This document shows positions 25,901 to 40,900 of a DNA stretch of 64,000 nucleotides, one piece after another. A program made the translations under genes and the position numbers. How positions within the stretch are numbered: position 1 is the stretch's first letter; every line of letters begins with the position of its first letter. The DNA comes from Haplodiscus bocki (lineage: Eukaryota), in assembly GCA_965655095.1 (NCBI GenBank), contig OZ296648.1, positions 178,994,001 to 179,058,000 on the forward strand, given 5' to 3'. The notes under the pieces are model-generated. The model saw only the letters and a program-made list of their open reading frames with translations. It was not told where the DNA came from and ran no database searches.

Positions 25901-28900
25901 GGTTCAGTCCGACAAGTCTTCGATAAAGTTTTTGGCGATAGATTTATGAGAACTGATCCAAAAATGACCAACTTGATCAAAATAGGCTTTTGAATTGTTG
26001 GTTTTTGCACATGTAGGGTGCCAGAATACCTGAAAATTGCACTAACTTAACAAAACGACTTTGTTCTGAGCTGCGATAGGTTTATTTTTTGCACGACAGT
26101 TTTTCTAAGAATTGTTTGCGACAGAATCTTGGAATTCGAGCCAGTTATGGTAAATTCGATCGAAGTTGCAACAGTTTATTTTTTTCGTTGCTGCAATAAC
26201 CGCTCCAAAAGGCCTAAGTTTACGCGGCTAAGCAGGCAAATTGAGTCTGATTACATTTTCTGTTGGAGGAACACCGACAGTTTTCTTTGCGAAATTATCC
26301 TAAAAACTGAGCCTTTTTTTGGCCGAGTTGACCAAAGTTGCCTCGAAATGGGTTCAATTTTTCCGCATATAGGTTTCCACACTGTTTGAATTTTATATAG
26401 GCCTAATCTTCATAGCCTCTCTATTGCACACTTAACTTCATTCGTGGTCCAAAACCTTTGCGATAGCTCTTTTTCCGATAGAATCCTGAAAAACAAACAA
26501 ATTGTGACCGCTTTGACTGAAATTGTTAATTTAAAGGTCGTTTACATCATTCTGCAGATCTCCAACTTGCTTGTTTCTTGCTGAGGCTGTACGACAAAAA
26601 AAGAGACTATGTTCTATCGAACACTACCTTTAGGTGTATTCTAACAGTTTCCCGAGGGTTTGTTCTGCAATAAAGTCTGAAAGTTGAAGCAGTTTTGGCC
26701 AAACTGTGCGAAGTTGCCGCATTAAAGGTCGTTTTTGTCCGCAAGTAGTCATTCAAACTGCTTGATTTCCACACAGGCTCAACGATTAAACTATTTTTAA
26801 GATCAGAGCGAAACTTGGTTCCTTCTGACAGATTTCTCTTTTTCTTGCGATAGGCTTCAGAAACCGGACTACTTTCGGTCACTTCCACAAAGAATGCCTT
26901 TTTGTAGATACTCCTCTCCCAAGTATAGCACTCGCAACTGCCTGACATTTGCACAAGGCTAAAGAACAGGCACTGTTCTATCAAGAACTTTTTTGTTGCT
27001 GTCCCATAATATACAAAAACTTTGTTTGCGATGAGCTTGAAAACCAAGCCAAACCTGGACCTGCTGACAAAAACTGGCATTTCATTGCTCCTTCCCTTTT
27101 GCACGTGGCGCTCTGATTTTTGCTTGAAGCTTGCAAAAGCAAAATGTTGAGCATTTGCTTTCCACACATTGAAAATTGATCGTGGTCCGGGGTCTTTCTG
27201 GCAGTTTTTGTTTGCGAAAAAATTTAAACGGCTAGCTAATGTTGTCAATTTGATACATAAATTGTCATTTTGTATTTTTTCCATGCAGGCCGTAAAGTTC
27301 TTTGAATTTTGCAAAAGTTGAACGTTGAGACTCACCTCTATCGCAAACTACTTTTTGGTTCCGTCCGACAACTCTTCGATAAAGTTTTTGGCGATAGATT
27401 TAAGAGAATTGAAGCAAAAATGACCAACTTGATCAAAAGAGGCGTTTGAATTGTTGGTTTTTGCACATGTAGGGTGCCAGAATACCTGAAACTTGCACTA
27501 ACTTAACAAAACGACTTTATTCTGAGCTACGATAGGTTTAATTTTCGCACGACAGTTTTTCTAAGAATTGTTTGCGACAGAATCTTGGAATTCGAGCCAG
27601 TTATGGTAAATTCGATCGAAGTTGCAACAGTTTATTTTTTTCGTTGCTGCAATAACCGCTCCAAAAGGCCTAAGTTTACGCGGCTAAGCAGGCAAATTGA
27701 GTCTGATTACATTTTCTGTTGGAGGAACACCGACAGTTTTCTTTGCGAAATTATCCTAAAAACTGAGCCTTTTTTTGGCCGAGTTGACCAAAGTTGCCTC
27801 GAAATGGGTTCAATTTTTCCGCATATACGTTTCCACACTGTTTGAATTTTATATAAGCCTAATCTTCATAGCCTCTCTATTGCACACTTAACTTCAATCT
27901 TGGTCCAACACCTTTGCGATAGCTCTTTTTCCGATAGAACCCTGAAAAGCAAACAAATTGTGACCACTTTGACTGAAATTGTTAATTTAAAGGTCGTTTA
28001 CATCATTATGCAGATCTCCAACTTGCTTGTTTCTTGCAGAGGCTGTACGACAAAAAAAAGAGACAATGTTCTATCGAACACTACCTTTAGGTGTATTCTA
28101 ACAGTTTCCCGAGGGTTTGTTCTGCAATAAAGTCTGAAAATTGAAGCAGTTTTGGCCAAAAGGTGCGAAGTTGCCTCTTTAAAGGTCGTTTTTGTGCAGA
28201 AGTAGTCATTGAAACTGCTTGATTTTCACACAGGCTCAACCATTAAACTATTTTTAAGATCAGAGCGAAACTTGGTTCCTTCTGACAGATTTTTCTTTTT
28301 TTTGCGATACGCTTCAGAAACCGGACTACTTTCGGTCACTTCCACAAAGAATGCCTTTTTGTAGATACTCCTCTCCCAAGTATAGCACTCGCAACTGTCT
28401 GACATTTGCACAAGGCTAAAGAACAAGCACTGTTCTATCAAGAACTATTTTGTTGCTGTCCCACAATATACAAAAACTTTGTTTGCAATGACCTTGAAAA
28501 CCAAGCTAAACCTGGCCCTGCTGACAAAAACTGGCATTTCATTGCTCCTTCCCTTTTTCACGTGGCGCTCTGATTTTTGCTTGAAGCTTGCAAAAGCAAA
28601 ATGTTGAGCATTTGCTTTCCACACATTGAAAATTGATCGTGGTCCGGGGTCTTTCTGGCAGTTTTTGTTTGCGAAAAAATTTAAACGGCTAGCTAATGTT
28701 GTCAATTTGATACATAAATTGTCATTTTGTATTTTTTCCATGCAGGCCGTAAACTTCTTTGAATTTTGCAAAAGTTGAACGTTGAGACTCAACTCTATCG
28801 CAAACTACTTTTTGGTTCAGGCCGACAACACTTCGATAAAGTTTTTGGCGATAGATTTATGAGAACTGAACCAAAAATGACCAACTTGATCAAAATAGGC

Positions 28901-31900
28901 TTTTGAATTGATGGTTTTTGCACATGTAAGGTGCCATACTACCTGAAATTTGCACTAATCTAACAAAACGACCTTGTTCTGAGCTACGATAGGTTTATTT
29001 TTGGCATGACATTTTTTCTAACAATTTTTTGCGACAGAATCTTGGAATTCGAGCCAGTTATGGTCAATTCGACCGAAGTTGCAACAGTTTGTTTTTTTCG
29101 TTGCTGCAATAACGGCTCCAAAAGGCCTAAGTTTACGCGGCTAAGAAGGCATATCGAGTCTGATTACAATTTCTGTTGGGGGATCACCGACAGTTTTCTT
29201 TGCGATAATTTCCTAAAAACTGAGCCCTTTTTTGGCCAAGTTAACCAAAGTTGCCTCGAAATGGGTTCAATATTTCCGCATATAGGGTTCCACACTGTTT
29301 GAATTTTATATAGGCCTAATCTTCATAGCCTCTCTATTGCACACTTAACTTCATTCTTGGTCCAAAACCTTTGCGATAGCTCTTTTTCCGATAGAACCCT
29401 GAAAAGCAAACAAATTGTGACCGCTTTGACTGAAATTGTTAATTTAAAGGTCGTTTACATCATTATGCAGATCTCCAACTTGCTTGTTTCTTGCAGAGGC
29501 TGTACGACAAAAAAAAAGAGACTATGTTCTATCGATCACTAACCTTTAAGTATATTCTAACCGTTTCCCGAGCGTTTGTTCTGCAATAAAGTCTGAAAAT
29601 TGAAGCAGTTTTGGCCAAAATGTGCGAAGTTGCCTCATTAAAGCTCGTTTTTGTGCAGTAGTCATTGAAACTGCTTGATTTTCACACAGGCTCATCGATT
29701 AAACTATTTTTCAGATCAGAGCGAAACTTGGTTCCTTCTGACAGATTTCTTTTTTTTATGCGATACACTTCAGAAACCGGACTACTTTCGGTCACTTCCA
29801 CAAAAATTGCCTTTTTGCAGATACTCCTCTCCCAAGTATAGCACTCGCAACTGCCTGACAGTTGCACAAGGCTAAAGAACAATCACTGTTCTATCAAGAA
29901 ATCTTTTGTTGCTGTCCGACAATATACAAAAACTTTGTTTGCAATGACCTTGAAAACCAAGCTAAACCTGGCCCTGCTGACAAAAACTGGCATTTCATTG
30001 CTCCTTCCCTTTTGCACGTGGCGCTCTTGTTTTTGCTTAAAGCTTGCAACAGCAAAATGTTGAGCATTTGCTTTCCACACACTGAAGATTGATCGTAGTC
30101 CGGGGTCTTTCTGGCAGTTTTTGTTTGCGAAAAAATTTAAACGGCTAGCTAATGTTGTCAATTTGATATATAAATTGTCATTTTGTATTTTTACCATGCA
30201 GGCCGTAAACTTCTTTGAAAATTGCAAAAGTTGAACGTTGAGACTCAGCTCTATCGTAAACTACTTTTTGGTTCAGTCCGACAACTCTTCGATAAAGTTT
30301 TTGGCGATAGATTTATGAGAACTGAACCAAAAATGACCAACTGGATCAAAATAGGCTTTTGAATTGTTGGTTTTTGCACATGTAGGGTGCCAGAATACCT
30401 GAAACTTGCACTAACTTAACAAAACGACTTTAATCTGAGCTACGATAGGTTTAATTTTCGCACGACAGTTTTTCTAAGAATTGTTTGCGACAGAATCTTG
30501 GAATTCGAGCCACTTATGGTCAATTCGACCGAAGTTGCAACAGTTTATTTTTTTCGTTGCTGCAATAACGGCTCCAAAAAGCCTAAGTTTACGCGGCTAA
30601 GCAGGCATATTGAGTCTGATTACAATTTCTGTTGTGGGAACACCGACAGTTTTCTTTGCGATAATATCCTAAAAACTGAGCCCTTTTTTGGCCGAGTTGA
30701 CCAAAGTTGCCTCGAAATGGGTCCAATTTTTCCGCATATAGGGTTCCACACTGTTTGAATTTTATATAAGCCTAATCTTCATAGCCTCTCTATTGCACAC
30801 TTAACTTCAATCTTGGTCCAACACCTTTGCGATAGCTCTTTTTCCGATAGAACCCTGAAAAGCAAACAAATTGTGACCGCTTTGACTGAAACTGTTAATT
30901 TAAAGGTCGTTTACATCATTATGCAGATCTCCAACTTCCTTGTTTCTTGCAGAGGCTGTACGACAAAAAAAAGAGACTATGTTCTATCGAACACTACCTT
31001 TAGGTGTATTCTAACAGTTTCCCGAGGGGTAGTTCTGCAATAAAGTCTGAAAGTTGAATCAGTTTTGACCAAACTGTGCGAAGTTGCCTCATTAAAGGTC
31101 GTTTTTGTCCACAAGTAGTCATTCAAACTGCTTGATTTCCACACAGGCTCAACGATTAAACTATTTTTAAGATCGGAGCGAAACTTGGTTCCTTCTGACA
31201 GATTTCTCTTTTTTTGCGATACGCCTCAGAAACCGGACTACTATCGGTCACTTCCACAAAGAATGCCTTTTTGTAGATACTCCTCTCCCAAGTATAGCAC
31301 TCGCAACTGCCTGACATTTGCACAAGGCTAAAGAACAGGCACTGTTCTATCAAGAACTTTTTTGTTGCTGTCCCATAATATACAAAAACTTTGTTTGCGA
31401 TGAGCTTGAAAACCAAGCCAAACCTGGCCCTGCTGACAAAAACTGGCATTTCATTGCTCCTTCCCTTTTGCACGTGGCGCTCGGATTTTTGCTTGAAGCT
31501 TGCAAAAGCAAAATGTTGAGCATTTGCTTTCCACACATTGAAAATTGATCGTGGTCCGGGGTTTTCTGGCAGTTTTTGTTTGCGAAAAAATTTAAACGGC
31601 TAGCTAAGGTTGTCAATTTGATACATAAATTGTCATTTTGTATTTTTACTATGCAGGCCGTAAACTTCTTTGAAAATTGCAAAAGTTGAACGTTGAGACT
31701 CAGCTCTATCGTAAACTACATTTTGTTTCAGTCCGACAACTCTTCGATAAAGTTTTTGGCGATAGATTTATGAGAACTGATCCAAAAATGACCAACTTGA
31801 TCAAAATAGGCTTTTGAATTGTTGGTTTTTGCACATGTAGGGTGCCAGAATACCTGAAAATTGCACTAACTTAACAAAACGACTTTGTTCTGAGCTGCGA

Positions 31901-34900
31901 TAGGTTTATTTTTTGCACGACAGTTTTTCTAAGAATTGTTTGCGACAGAATCTTGGAATTCGAGCCAGTTATGGTAAATTCGATCGAAGTTGCAACAGTT
32001 TATTTTTTTCGTTGCTGCAATAACCGCTCCAAAAGGCCTAAGTTTACGCGGCTAAGCAGGCAAATTGAGTCTGATTACATTTTCTGTTGGAGGAACACCG
32101 ACAGTTTTCTTTGCGAAATTATCCTAAAAACTGAGCCTTTTTTTGGCCGAGTTGACCAAAGTTGCCTCGAAATGGGTTCAATTTTTCCGCATATACGTTT
32201 CCACACTGTTTGAATTTTATATAGACCTAATCTTCATAGCCTCTCTATTGCACACTTAACTTCATTCTTGGTCCAAAACCTTTGCGATAGCTCTTTTTCC
32301 GATAGAATCCTGAAAAACAAACAAATTGTGACCGCTTTGACTGAAATTGTTAATTTAAAGGTCGTTTACATCATTCTGCAGATCTCCAACTTGCTTGTTT
32401 CTTGCTGAGGCTGTACGACAAAAAAAGAGACTATGTTCTATCGAACAATACCTTTAGGTGTATTCTAACAGTTTCCCGAGGGTCTGTTCTGCAATAAAGT
32501 CTGAAAGTTGAAGCAGTTTTGGCCAAACTGTGCGAAGTTGCCGCATTAAAGGTCGTTTTTGTCCGCAAGTAGTCATTCAAACTGCTTGATTTCCACACAG
32601 GCTCAACGATTAAACTATTTTTAAGATCAGAGCGAAACTTGGTTCCTTCTGACAGATTTCTCTTTTTTTTGCGATACGCTTCAGAAACCGGACTACTTTC
32701 GGTCACTTCCACAAAGAATGCCTTTTTGTAGATACTCCTCTCCCAAGTATAGCACACGCAACTGCCTGACATTTGCACAAGGCTAAAGAACAGGCACTGT
32801 TCTATCAAGAACTTTTTTGTAGCTGTCCCACAATACACAAAAACTTTGTTTGCGATGAGCTTGAAAACCAAGCTAAACCTGGCCCTGCTGACAAAAACTG
32901 GCATTTCATTGCTCCTCCCTTTTTGCACGTGGCGCTCTGATTTTTGCTTGAAGCTTGCAAAAGCAAAATGTTGAGCATTTGCTTTCCACACACTGAAGAT
33001 TGATCGTGGTCCGGGGTCTTTCTGGCATTTTTGTTTGCGAAAAAATTTAAACGGCTAGCTAATGTTGTCAATTTGATACATAAACTGTCATTTTGTATTT
33101 TTTCCTTGCAGGCCGTAAAAATTCTTTGAAATTTGCAAAAGTTGAACGTTGAGACTCACCTCTATCGCAAACTACTTTTTGGTTCCGTCCGACAACTCTT
33201 CGATAAAGTTTTTGGCGATAGATTTAAGAGAATTGAAGCAAAAATGACCAACTTGATCAAAAGAGGCGTTTGAATTGTTGGTTTTTGCACATGTAGGGTG
33301 CCAGAATACCTGAAACTTGCACTAACTTAACAAAACGACTTTATTCTGAGCTACGATAGGTTTAATTTTCGCACGACAGTTTTTCTAAGAATTGTTTGCG
33401 ACAGAATCTTGGAATTCGAGCCAGTTATGGTAAATTCGATCGGAGTTGCAACAGTTTATTTTTTTCGTTGCTGCAATAACGGCTCCAAAAGGCCTAAGTT
33501 TACGCGGCTAAACAGGCAAATTGAGTCTGATTACAATTTCTGTTGGGGGAACACCGACAGTTTTCTTTGCGATATTATCCTAAAACTGAGCCCTCTTTTG
33601 GCCGAGTTGACCAAAGTTGCCTCGAAATGGGTTCAATATTTCCGCATATAGGGTTCCACACTGTTTGAATTTTTTATATAGGCCTAATCTTCATAGCCTC
33701 TCTATTGCACACTTAACTTCATTCCTGGTCCAAAACCTTTGCGATAGCTCTTTTTCCCATAGAACCCTGAAAAGCAACCAAATTGTGACCGCTTTGACTG
33801 AAATTGTTAATTTAAAGGTCGTTCACATCATTATGCAGATCTCCAACTTGCTTGTTTCTTGCAGAGGCTGTACGACAAAAAAAAGAGACAATTTTCTATC
33901 GAACAATACCTTTAGGTGTATTCTAACAGTTTCCCGAGGGTTTGTTCTGCGATAAAGTCTGAAAATTGAAGCAGTTTTGGCCAAAATGTGCGAAGTTGCC
34001 TCTTTAAAGGTCGTTTTTGTGCAGAAGTAGTCATTGAAACTGCTTGATTTTCACACAGGCTCAACGATTAAACTATTTTTAAGATCAGAGCGAAACTTGG
34101 TTCCTTCTGACAGATTTTTCTTTTTTTTGCGATACGCTTCAGAAACCGGACTACTTTCGGTCACTTCCACAAAGAATGTCTTTTTGTAGATACTCCTCTC
34201 CCAAGTATAGCACTCGCAACTGTCTGACATTTGCACAAGGCTAAAGAACAGGCACTGTTCTATCAAGAAATTTTTTGTTGCTGTCCGACAATATACAAAA
34301 ACTTTGTTTGCAATGAGCTTGAAAACCAAACTAAACCTGGCCCTGCTGACAAAAACTGGCATTTCATTGCTCCTTCCCTTTTTCACGTGGCGCTCTGATT
34401 TTTGCTTGAAGCTTGCAAAAGCAAAATGTTGAGCATTTGCTTTCCACACATTGAAAATTGATCGTGGTCCGGGGTCTTTCTGGCAGTTTTGTTTGCGAAA
34501 AAAATTAAACGGCTAGCTAATGTTGTCAATTTGATACATAAATTGTCATTTTGTATTTTTTCCATGCAGGCCGTAAACTTCTTTGAATTTTGCAAAAGTT
34601 GAACGTTGAGACTCAACTCTTTCGCAAACTACTTTTTGGTTCAGGCCGACAAAACTTCGATAAAGTTTTTGGCGATAGATTTATGAGAACTGATCCAAAA
34701 ATGACCAACTTGATCAAAATAGGCTTTTGAATTGTTGGTTTTTGCACATGTAGGGTGCCAGAATACCTGAAAATTGCACTAATCTAACAAAACGACTTTT
34801 TTCTGAGCTACGATAGGTTTATTTTTGGCACGACATTTTTTCTAACAATTGTTTTGCGACAGAATCTTGGAATTCGAGCCAGTTATGGTAAATTCGATCG

Positions 34901-37900
34901 AAGTTGCAACAGTTTGTTTTTTTCGTTGCTGCAATAACGGCTCCAAAAGGCCTAAGTTTACGCGGCTAAGCAGGCATATCGAGTCTGATTACAATTTCTG
35001 TTGGGGGATCACCGACAGTCTTCTTTGCGAAAATATCCTAAAAACTGAGGCCTTTTTTGGCCAAGTTAACCAAAGTTGCCTCAAAATGGGTTCAATATTT
35101 CCGCATATAGGGTTCCACACTGTTTGAATTTTATATAGGCCTAATCTTCATAGCCTCTCTATTGCACACTTAACTTCATTCTTGGTCCAAAACCTTTGCG
35201 ATAGCTCTTTTTCCGATAGAACCCTGAAAAGCAAACAAATTGTGACCGCTTTGACTGAAATTGTTAATTTAAAGGTCGTTTACATCATTATGCAGATCTC
35301 CAACTTGCTTGTTTCTTGCAGAGGCTGTACGACAAAAAAAAGAGACTATGTTCTATCGAACACTACCTTTAGGTGTATTCTAACAGTCCCCCGAGGGTTT
35401 GTTCTGCAATAAGGTCTGAAAGTTGAAGCAGTTTTGGCCAAACTGTGCGGAGTTCCCTCATTAAAAGTCGTTTTTGTCCACAAGTAGCCATTCAAACTGC
35501 TTGATTTCCACACAGGCTCAACGAATAAACTATTTTTAAGATCAGAGCGAAACTTGGTTCCTTCTGACAGATTTCCCTTTTTTTGCGATAGGCTTCAGAA
35601 ACCGGACTACTTTCGGTCACTTCCACAAAGAATGCCTCTTTGTAGATACTCCTCTCCCAAGTATAGCACTCGCAACTGCCTGACATTTGCACAAGGCTAA
35701 AAACAGGCACTGTTCTATCAAGAACTTTTTTGTTGCTGTCCCACAATATACAAAAACTTTGTTTGCGATGAGCTTGAAAACCAAACTAAACCTGGCCCTG
35801 CTGACAAAAACTGGCATTTCATTGCTCCTTCCTTTTTGCACGTGGCGTTCTGATTTTTGCTCGAAGCTTGCAAAAGCAAAATGTTGAGCTTTTGCTTTCC
35901 ACACACTGAAGATTGATCGTGATCCGGGGTCTTTCTGGCAGTTTTGTTTGCGAAAAAATTTAAACGGCTAGCTAATGTTGTCAATTTGATACATAAATTG
36001 TCATTTTGTATTTTTTCCATGCAGGCCGTAAACTTCTTTGAATTTTGCAAAAGTTGAACGTTGAGACTCAACTCTATCGCAAACTACTTTTTGGTTCAGG
36101 CCGACAACACTTCGATAAAGTTTTTGGCGATAGATTTATGAGAACTGAACCAAAAAGGACCAACTTGAGCAAAATAGGCTTTTGAATTGATGGTTTTTGC
36201 ACATGTAAGGTGCCATACTACCTGAAATTTGCACTAATCTAACAAAACGACTTCGTTTTGAGCTACGATATGTTTATTTTTGGCACGACACTTTTTCTAA
36301 CAATTGTTTGCGACAGAATCTTGGAAATCGAGCCAGTTATGGTCAATTCGACCGAAGTTGCAACAGTTTGTTTTTTTCGTTGCCGCAATAACGGCTCCAA
36401 AAGGCCTAAGTTTACGCGGCTAAGCAGGCATATCGAGTCTGATTACAATTTCTGTTGGGGGATCACCGACAGCTTTCTTTGCGATAATATCCTAAAAACT
36501 GAGCCCTTTTTTGGCCAAGTTAACCAAAGTTGCCTCGAAATGGGTTCAATATTTCCGCATATAGGGTTCCACACTGTTTGAATTCTATATAAGCTAATCT
36601 TCATAGCCTCTCTATTGCACACTTAACTTCATTCTTGGTCCAAAACCTTTGCGATAGCTCTTTTTCCGATAGAACCCTGAAAAGCAAACAAATTGTGACC
36701 GCTTTGACTGAAACTGTTAATTTAAAGGTCGTTTACATCATTATGCAGATCTCCAACTTGCTTGTTTCTTGCAGAGGCTGTACGACAAAAAAAGAGACTA
36801 TGTTCTATCGAACACTACCTTTAGGTGTATTCTAACAGTCTCCCGAGGGTTTTTTCTGCAATAAGGTCTGAAAGTTGAAGCAGTTTTGGCCAAACTGTGC
36901 GAAGTTGCCTCATTAAAAGTCGTTTTTGTCCACAAGTAGTCATTCAAACTGCTTGATTTTCACACAGGCTCAACGATTAAACTTTTTTTAAGATCAGAGC
37001 GAAACTTGGTTCCTTCTGACAGATTTCTCTTTTTTTGCGATACGCTTCAGAAACCGGACTACTTTCGGTCACTTCCACAAAGAATGCCTTTTTGTAGATA
37101 CTCCTCTCCCAAGTATAGCACTCGCAACTGCCTGACATTTGCACAAGGCTAAAAACAGGCACTGTTCTATCAAGAACTATTTTGTTGCTGTCCCACAATA
37201 TACAAAAACTTTGTTTGCGATGAGCTTGAAAACCAAACTAAACCTGGCCCTGCTGACAAAAACTGGCATTTCATTGCTCCTTCCTTTTTGCACGTGGCGC
37301 TCTGATTTTTGCTTGAAGCTTGCAAAAGCAAAATGTTGAGCATTTTCTTTCCACACACTGAAGATTGATCGTGGTCCGGGGTCTTTCTGGCAGTTTTGTT
37401 TGCGAAAAAATATAAACGGCTAGCTAATGTTGTCAATTTGATACATAAATTGTCATTTTGTATTTTTTCCATGCAGGCCGTAAACTTCTTTGAATTTTGC
37501 AAAAGTTGAACGTTGAGACTCAACTCTATCGCAACCTACTTTTTGGTTCCGGCCGACAACACTTCGATAAAGTTTTTGGCGATAGATTTATGAGAACTGA
37601 ACCAAAAATGACCAACTTGAGCAAAATAGGCTTTTGAATTGATGGTTTTTGCACATGTAAGGTGCCATACTACCTGAAATTTGCACTAATCTAACAAAAC
37701 GACTTTGTTCTGAGCTACGATAGGTTTATTTTTGGCACGACAATTTTTCTAACAATTGTTTGCGACAGAATCTTGGAATTCGAGCCAGTTATGGTCAATT
37801 CGACCGAAGTTGCAACAGTTTGTTTTTTTCGTTGCTGCAATAACGGCTCCAAAAGGCCTAAGTTTACGCGGCTAAGCAGGCATATCGAGTCTGATTACAA

Positions 37901-40900
37901 TTTCTGTTGGGGGAACACCGACAGTTTTCTTTGCGATAATATCCTAAAAACTGAGCACTTTTTTGGCCGAGTTGACCAAAGTTGCCTCGAAATGGGTTCA
38001 ATATTTCCGCATATAGGGTTCCACACTGTTTGAATTTTTTATATAGGCCTAATCTTCATAGCCTCTCTATTGCACACTTAACTTCATTCCTGGTCCAAAA
38101 CCTTTGCGATAGCTCTTTTTCCGATAGAACCCTGAAAAGCAAACGAATTGTGACCGCTTTGACAGAAATTGTTAATTTAAAGGTCGTTTACATCATTATG
38201 CAGATTTCCAACTTGCTTGTTTCTTGCAGAGGCTGTACGACAAAAAAAGAGACTATTTTCTATCGAACACTACCTTTAGGTGTATTCTAACACTTTCCCG
38301 AGGGTTTGTTCTGCAATAAAGTCTGAGAGTTGAAGCAGTTTCGGCCAAACTGTGCGAAGTTGCCTCATTAAAAGTCGTTTTTGTCCACAAGTAGTCATTC
38401 AAACTGCTTGATTTCCACACAGGCTCAACGATTAAACTATTTTTAAGATCAGAGCGAAACTTGGTTCCTTCTGACAGATTTCTCTTTTTTTGCGATACGC
38501 TTCAGAAACCGGACTACTTTCGGTCACTTCCACAAAGAATGCCTTTTTGTAGATACTCCTCTCCCAAGTATAGCACTCGCAACTGCCTGACATTTGCACA
38601 AGGCTAAAAACAGGCACTGTTCTATCAAGAACTTTTTTGTTGCTGTCCCACAATATACAAAAACTTTGTTTGCGATGAGCTTGAAAACCAAACTAAACCT
38701 GGCCCTGCTGACAAAAACTGGCATTTCATTGCTCCTTCCTTTTTACACGTGGCGCTCTGATTTTTGCTTGAAGCTTGCAAAAGCAAAATGATGAGCAATT
38801 GCTTTCCACACACTGAAGATTGATCGTGGTCCGGGGTCTTTCTGGCAGTTTTGTTTGCGAAAAAATTTAAACGGCTAGCTAATGTTGTCAATTTGATACA
38901 TAAATTGTAATTTTGTATTTTTTCCATGCAGGCCGTAAACTTCTTTGAATTTTGCAAAAGTTGAACGTTGAGACTCAACTCTATCGCAAACTACTTTTTG
39001 GTTCCGGCCGACAACACTTCGATAAAGTTTTTGGCGATAGATTTATGAGAACTGAACCAAAAATGACCAACTTGAGCAAAATAGGCTTTTGAATTGATGG
39101 TTTTTGCACATGTAAGGTGCCATACTACCTGAAATTTGCACTAATCTAACAAAACGACTTTGTTCTGAGCTACGATAGGTTTATTTTTGGCACGACATTT
39201 TTTCTAACAATTGTTTGCGACAGAATCTTGGAATTCGAGCCAGTTATGGTCAATTCGACCGAAGTTGCAACAGTTTGTTTTTTTCGTTGCTGCAATATCG
39301 GCTCCAAAAGGCCTAAGTTTACGCGGCTAAGCAGGCATATCGAGTCTGATTACAATTTCTGTTGGGGGAACACCGACAGTTTTCTTTGCGATAATATCCT
39401 AAAAACTGAGCCCTCTTTTGGCCGAGTTGACCAAAGTTGCCTCGAAATGGGTTCAATATTTCCGCATATAGGGTTCCACACTGTTTGAATTTTTTATATA
39501 GGCCTAATCTTCATAGCCTCTCTATTGCACACTTAACTTCATTCCTGGTCCAAAACCTTTGCGATAGCTCTTTTTCCCATAGAACCCTGAAAAGCAAACA
39601 AATTGTGACCGCTTTGACTGAAATTGTTAATTTAAAGGTCGTTTACATCATTATGCAGATCTCCAACTTGCTTGTTTCTTGCAGAGGCTGTACGACAAAA
39701 AAAGAGACTATGTTCTATCGAACACTACCTTTAGGTGTATTCTAACAGTTTCCCGAGGGTTAGTTCTGCAATAAAGTCTGAAAGTTGAAGCAGTTTTGGC
39801 CAAACTGTGCGAAGTTGCCTCATTAAAGTTCGTTTTTGTCCTCAAGTAGTCATTCAAACTGCTTGATTTCCACACAGGCTCAACGATTAAACTATTTTTA
39901 AGATCTGAGCGAAACTTGGTTCCTTATGACAGATTTCTCTTTTTCTTGCGATAGGCTTCAGAAACCGGACTACCTTCGGTCACTTCCACAAAGAATGCCT
40001 TTTTGTAGTTACTCCTCTCCCAAGTATAGGACTCGCAACTGCCTGACATTTGCACAAGGCTAAAGAACAGGCACTGTTCTATCAAGAACTTTTTTGTTGC
40101 TGTCCGACAATATACAAAAACTTTGTTTGCAATGAGCTTGAAAACCAAACTAAACCTGGCCCTGTTGACAAAAACTGGCATTTCATTGCTCCTTCCCTTT
40201 TGCACGTGGCGCTCTGATTTTTGCTTGAAGCTTGCAAAAGCAAAATGTTGAGCATTTGCTTTCCACACATTGAAAATTGATCGTGGTCCGGGGTCTTTCT
40301 GGCAGTTTTTGTTTGCGAAAAAATTTAAACGGCTAGCTAATGTTGTCAATTTGATACATAAATTGTCATTTTGTATTTTTTCCATGCAGGCCGTAAACTT
40401 CTTTGAATTTTGCAAAAATTGAACGTTGAGACTCAACTCTATCGCAAACTACTTTTTGGTTCAGGCCGACAACACTTCGATACAGTTTTTGGCGATAGAT
40501 TTATGAGAACTGATCCAAAAATGACCAACTTGATCAAAATAGGCTTTTGAATTGTTGGTTTTTGCACATGTAAGGTGCCAAACTACCTGAAATTTGCACT
40601 AATCTAACAAAACGACTTTGTTCTGAGCTACGATAGGTTTATTTTTGGCACGACATTTTTTCTAACAATTGTTTGCGACAGAATCTTGGAATTCGAGCCA
40701 GTTATGGTCAATTCGACCGAAGTTGCAACAGTTTGTTTTTTTTCGTTGCTGCAATAACGGCTCCAAAAGGCCTAAGTTTACGCGGCTAAGCAGGCATATC
40801 GAGTCTGATTACAATTTCTGTTGGGGGAACACCGACAGTTTTCTTTGCGATAATATCCTAAAAACTGAGCCCTCTTTTGGCCGAGTTGACCAAAGTTGCC

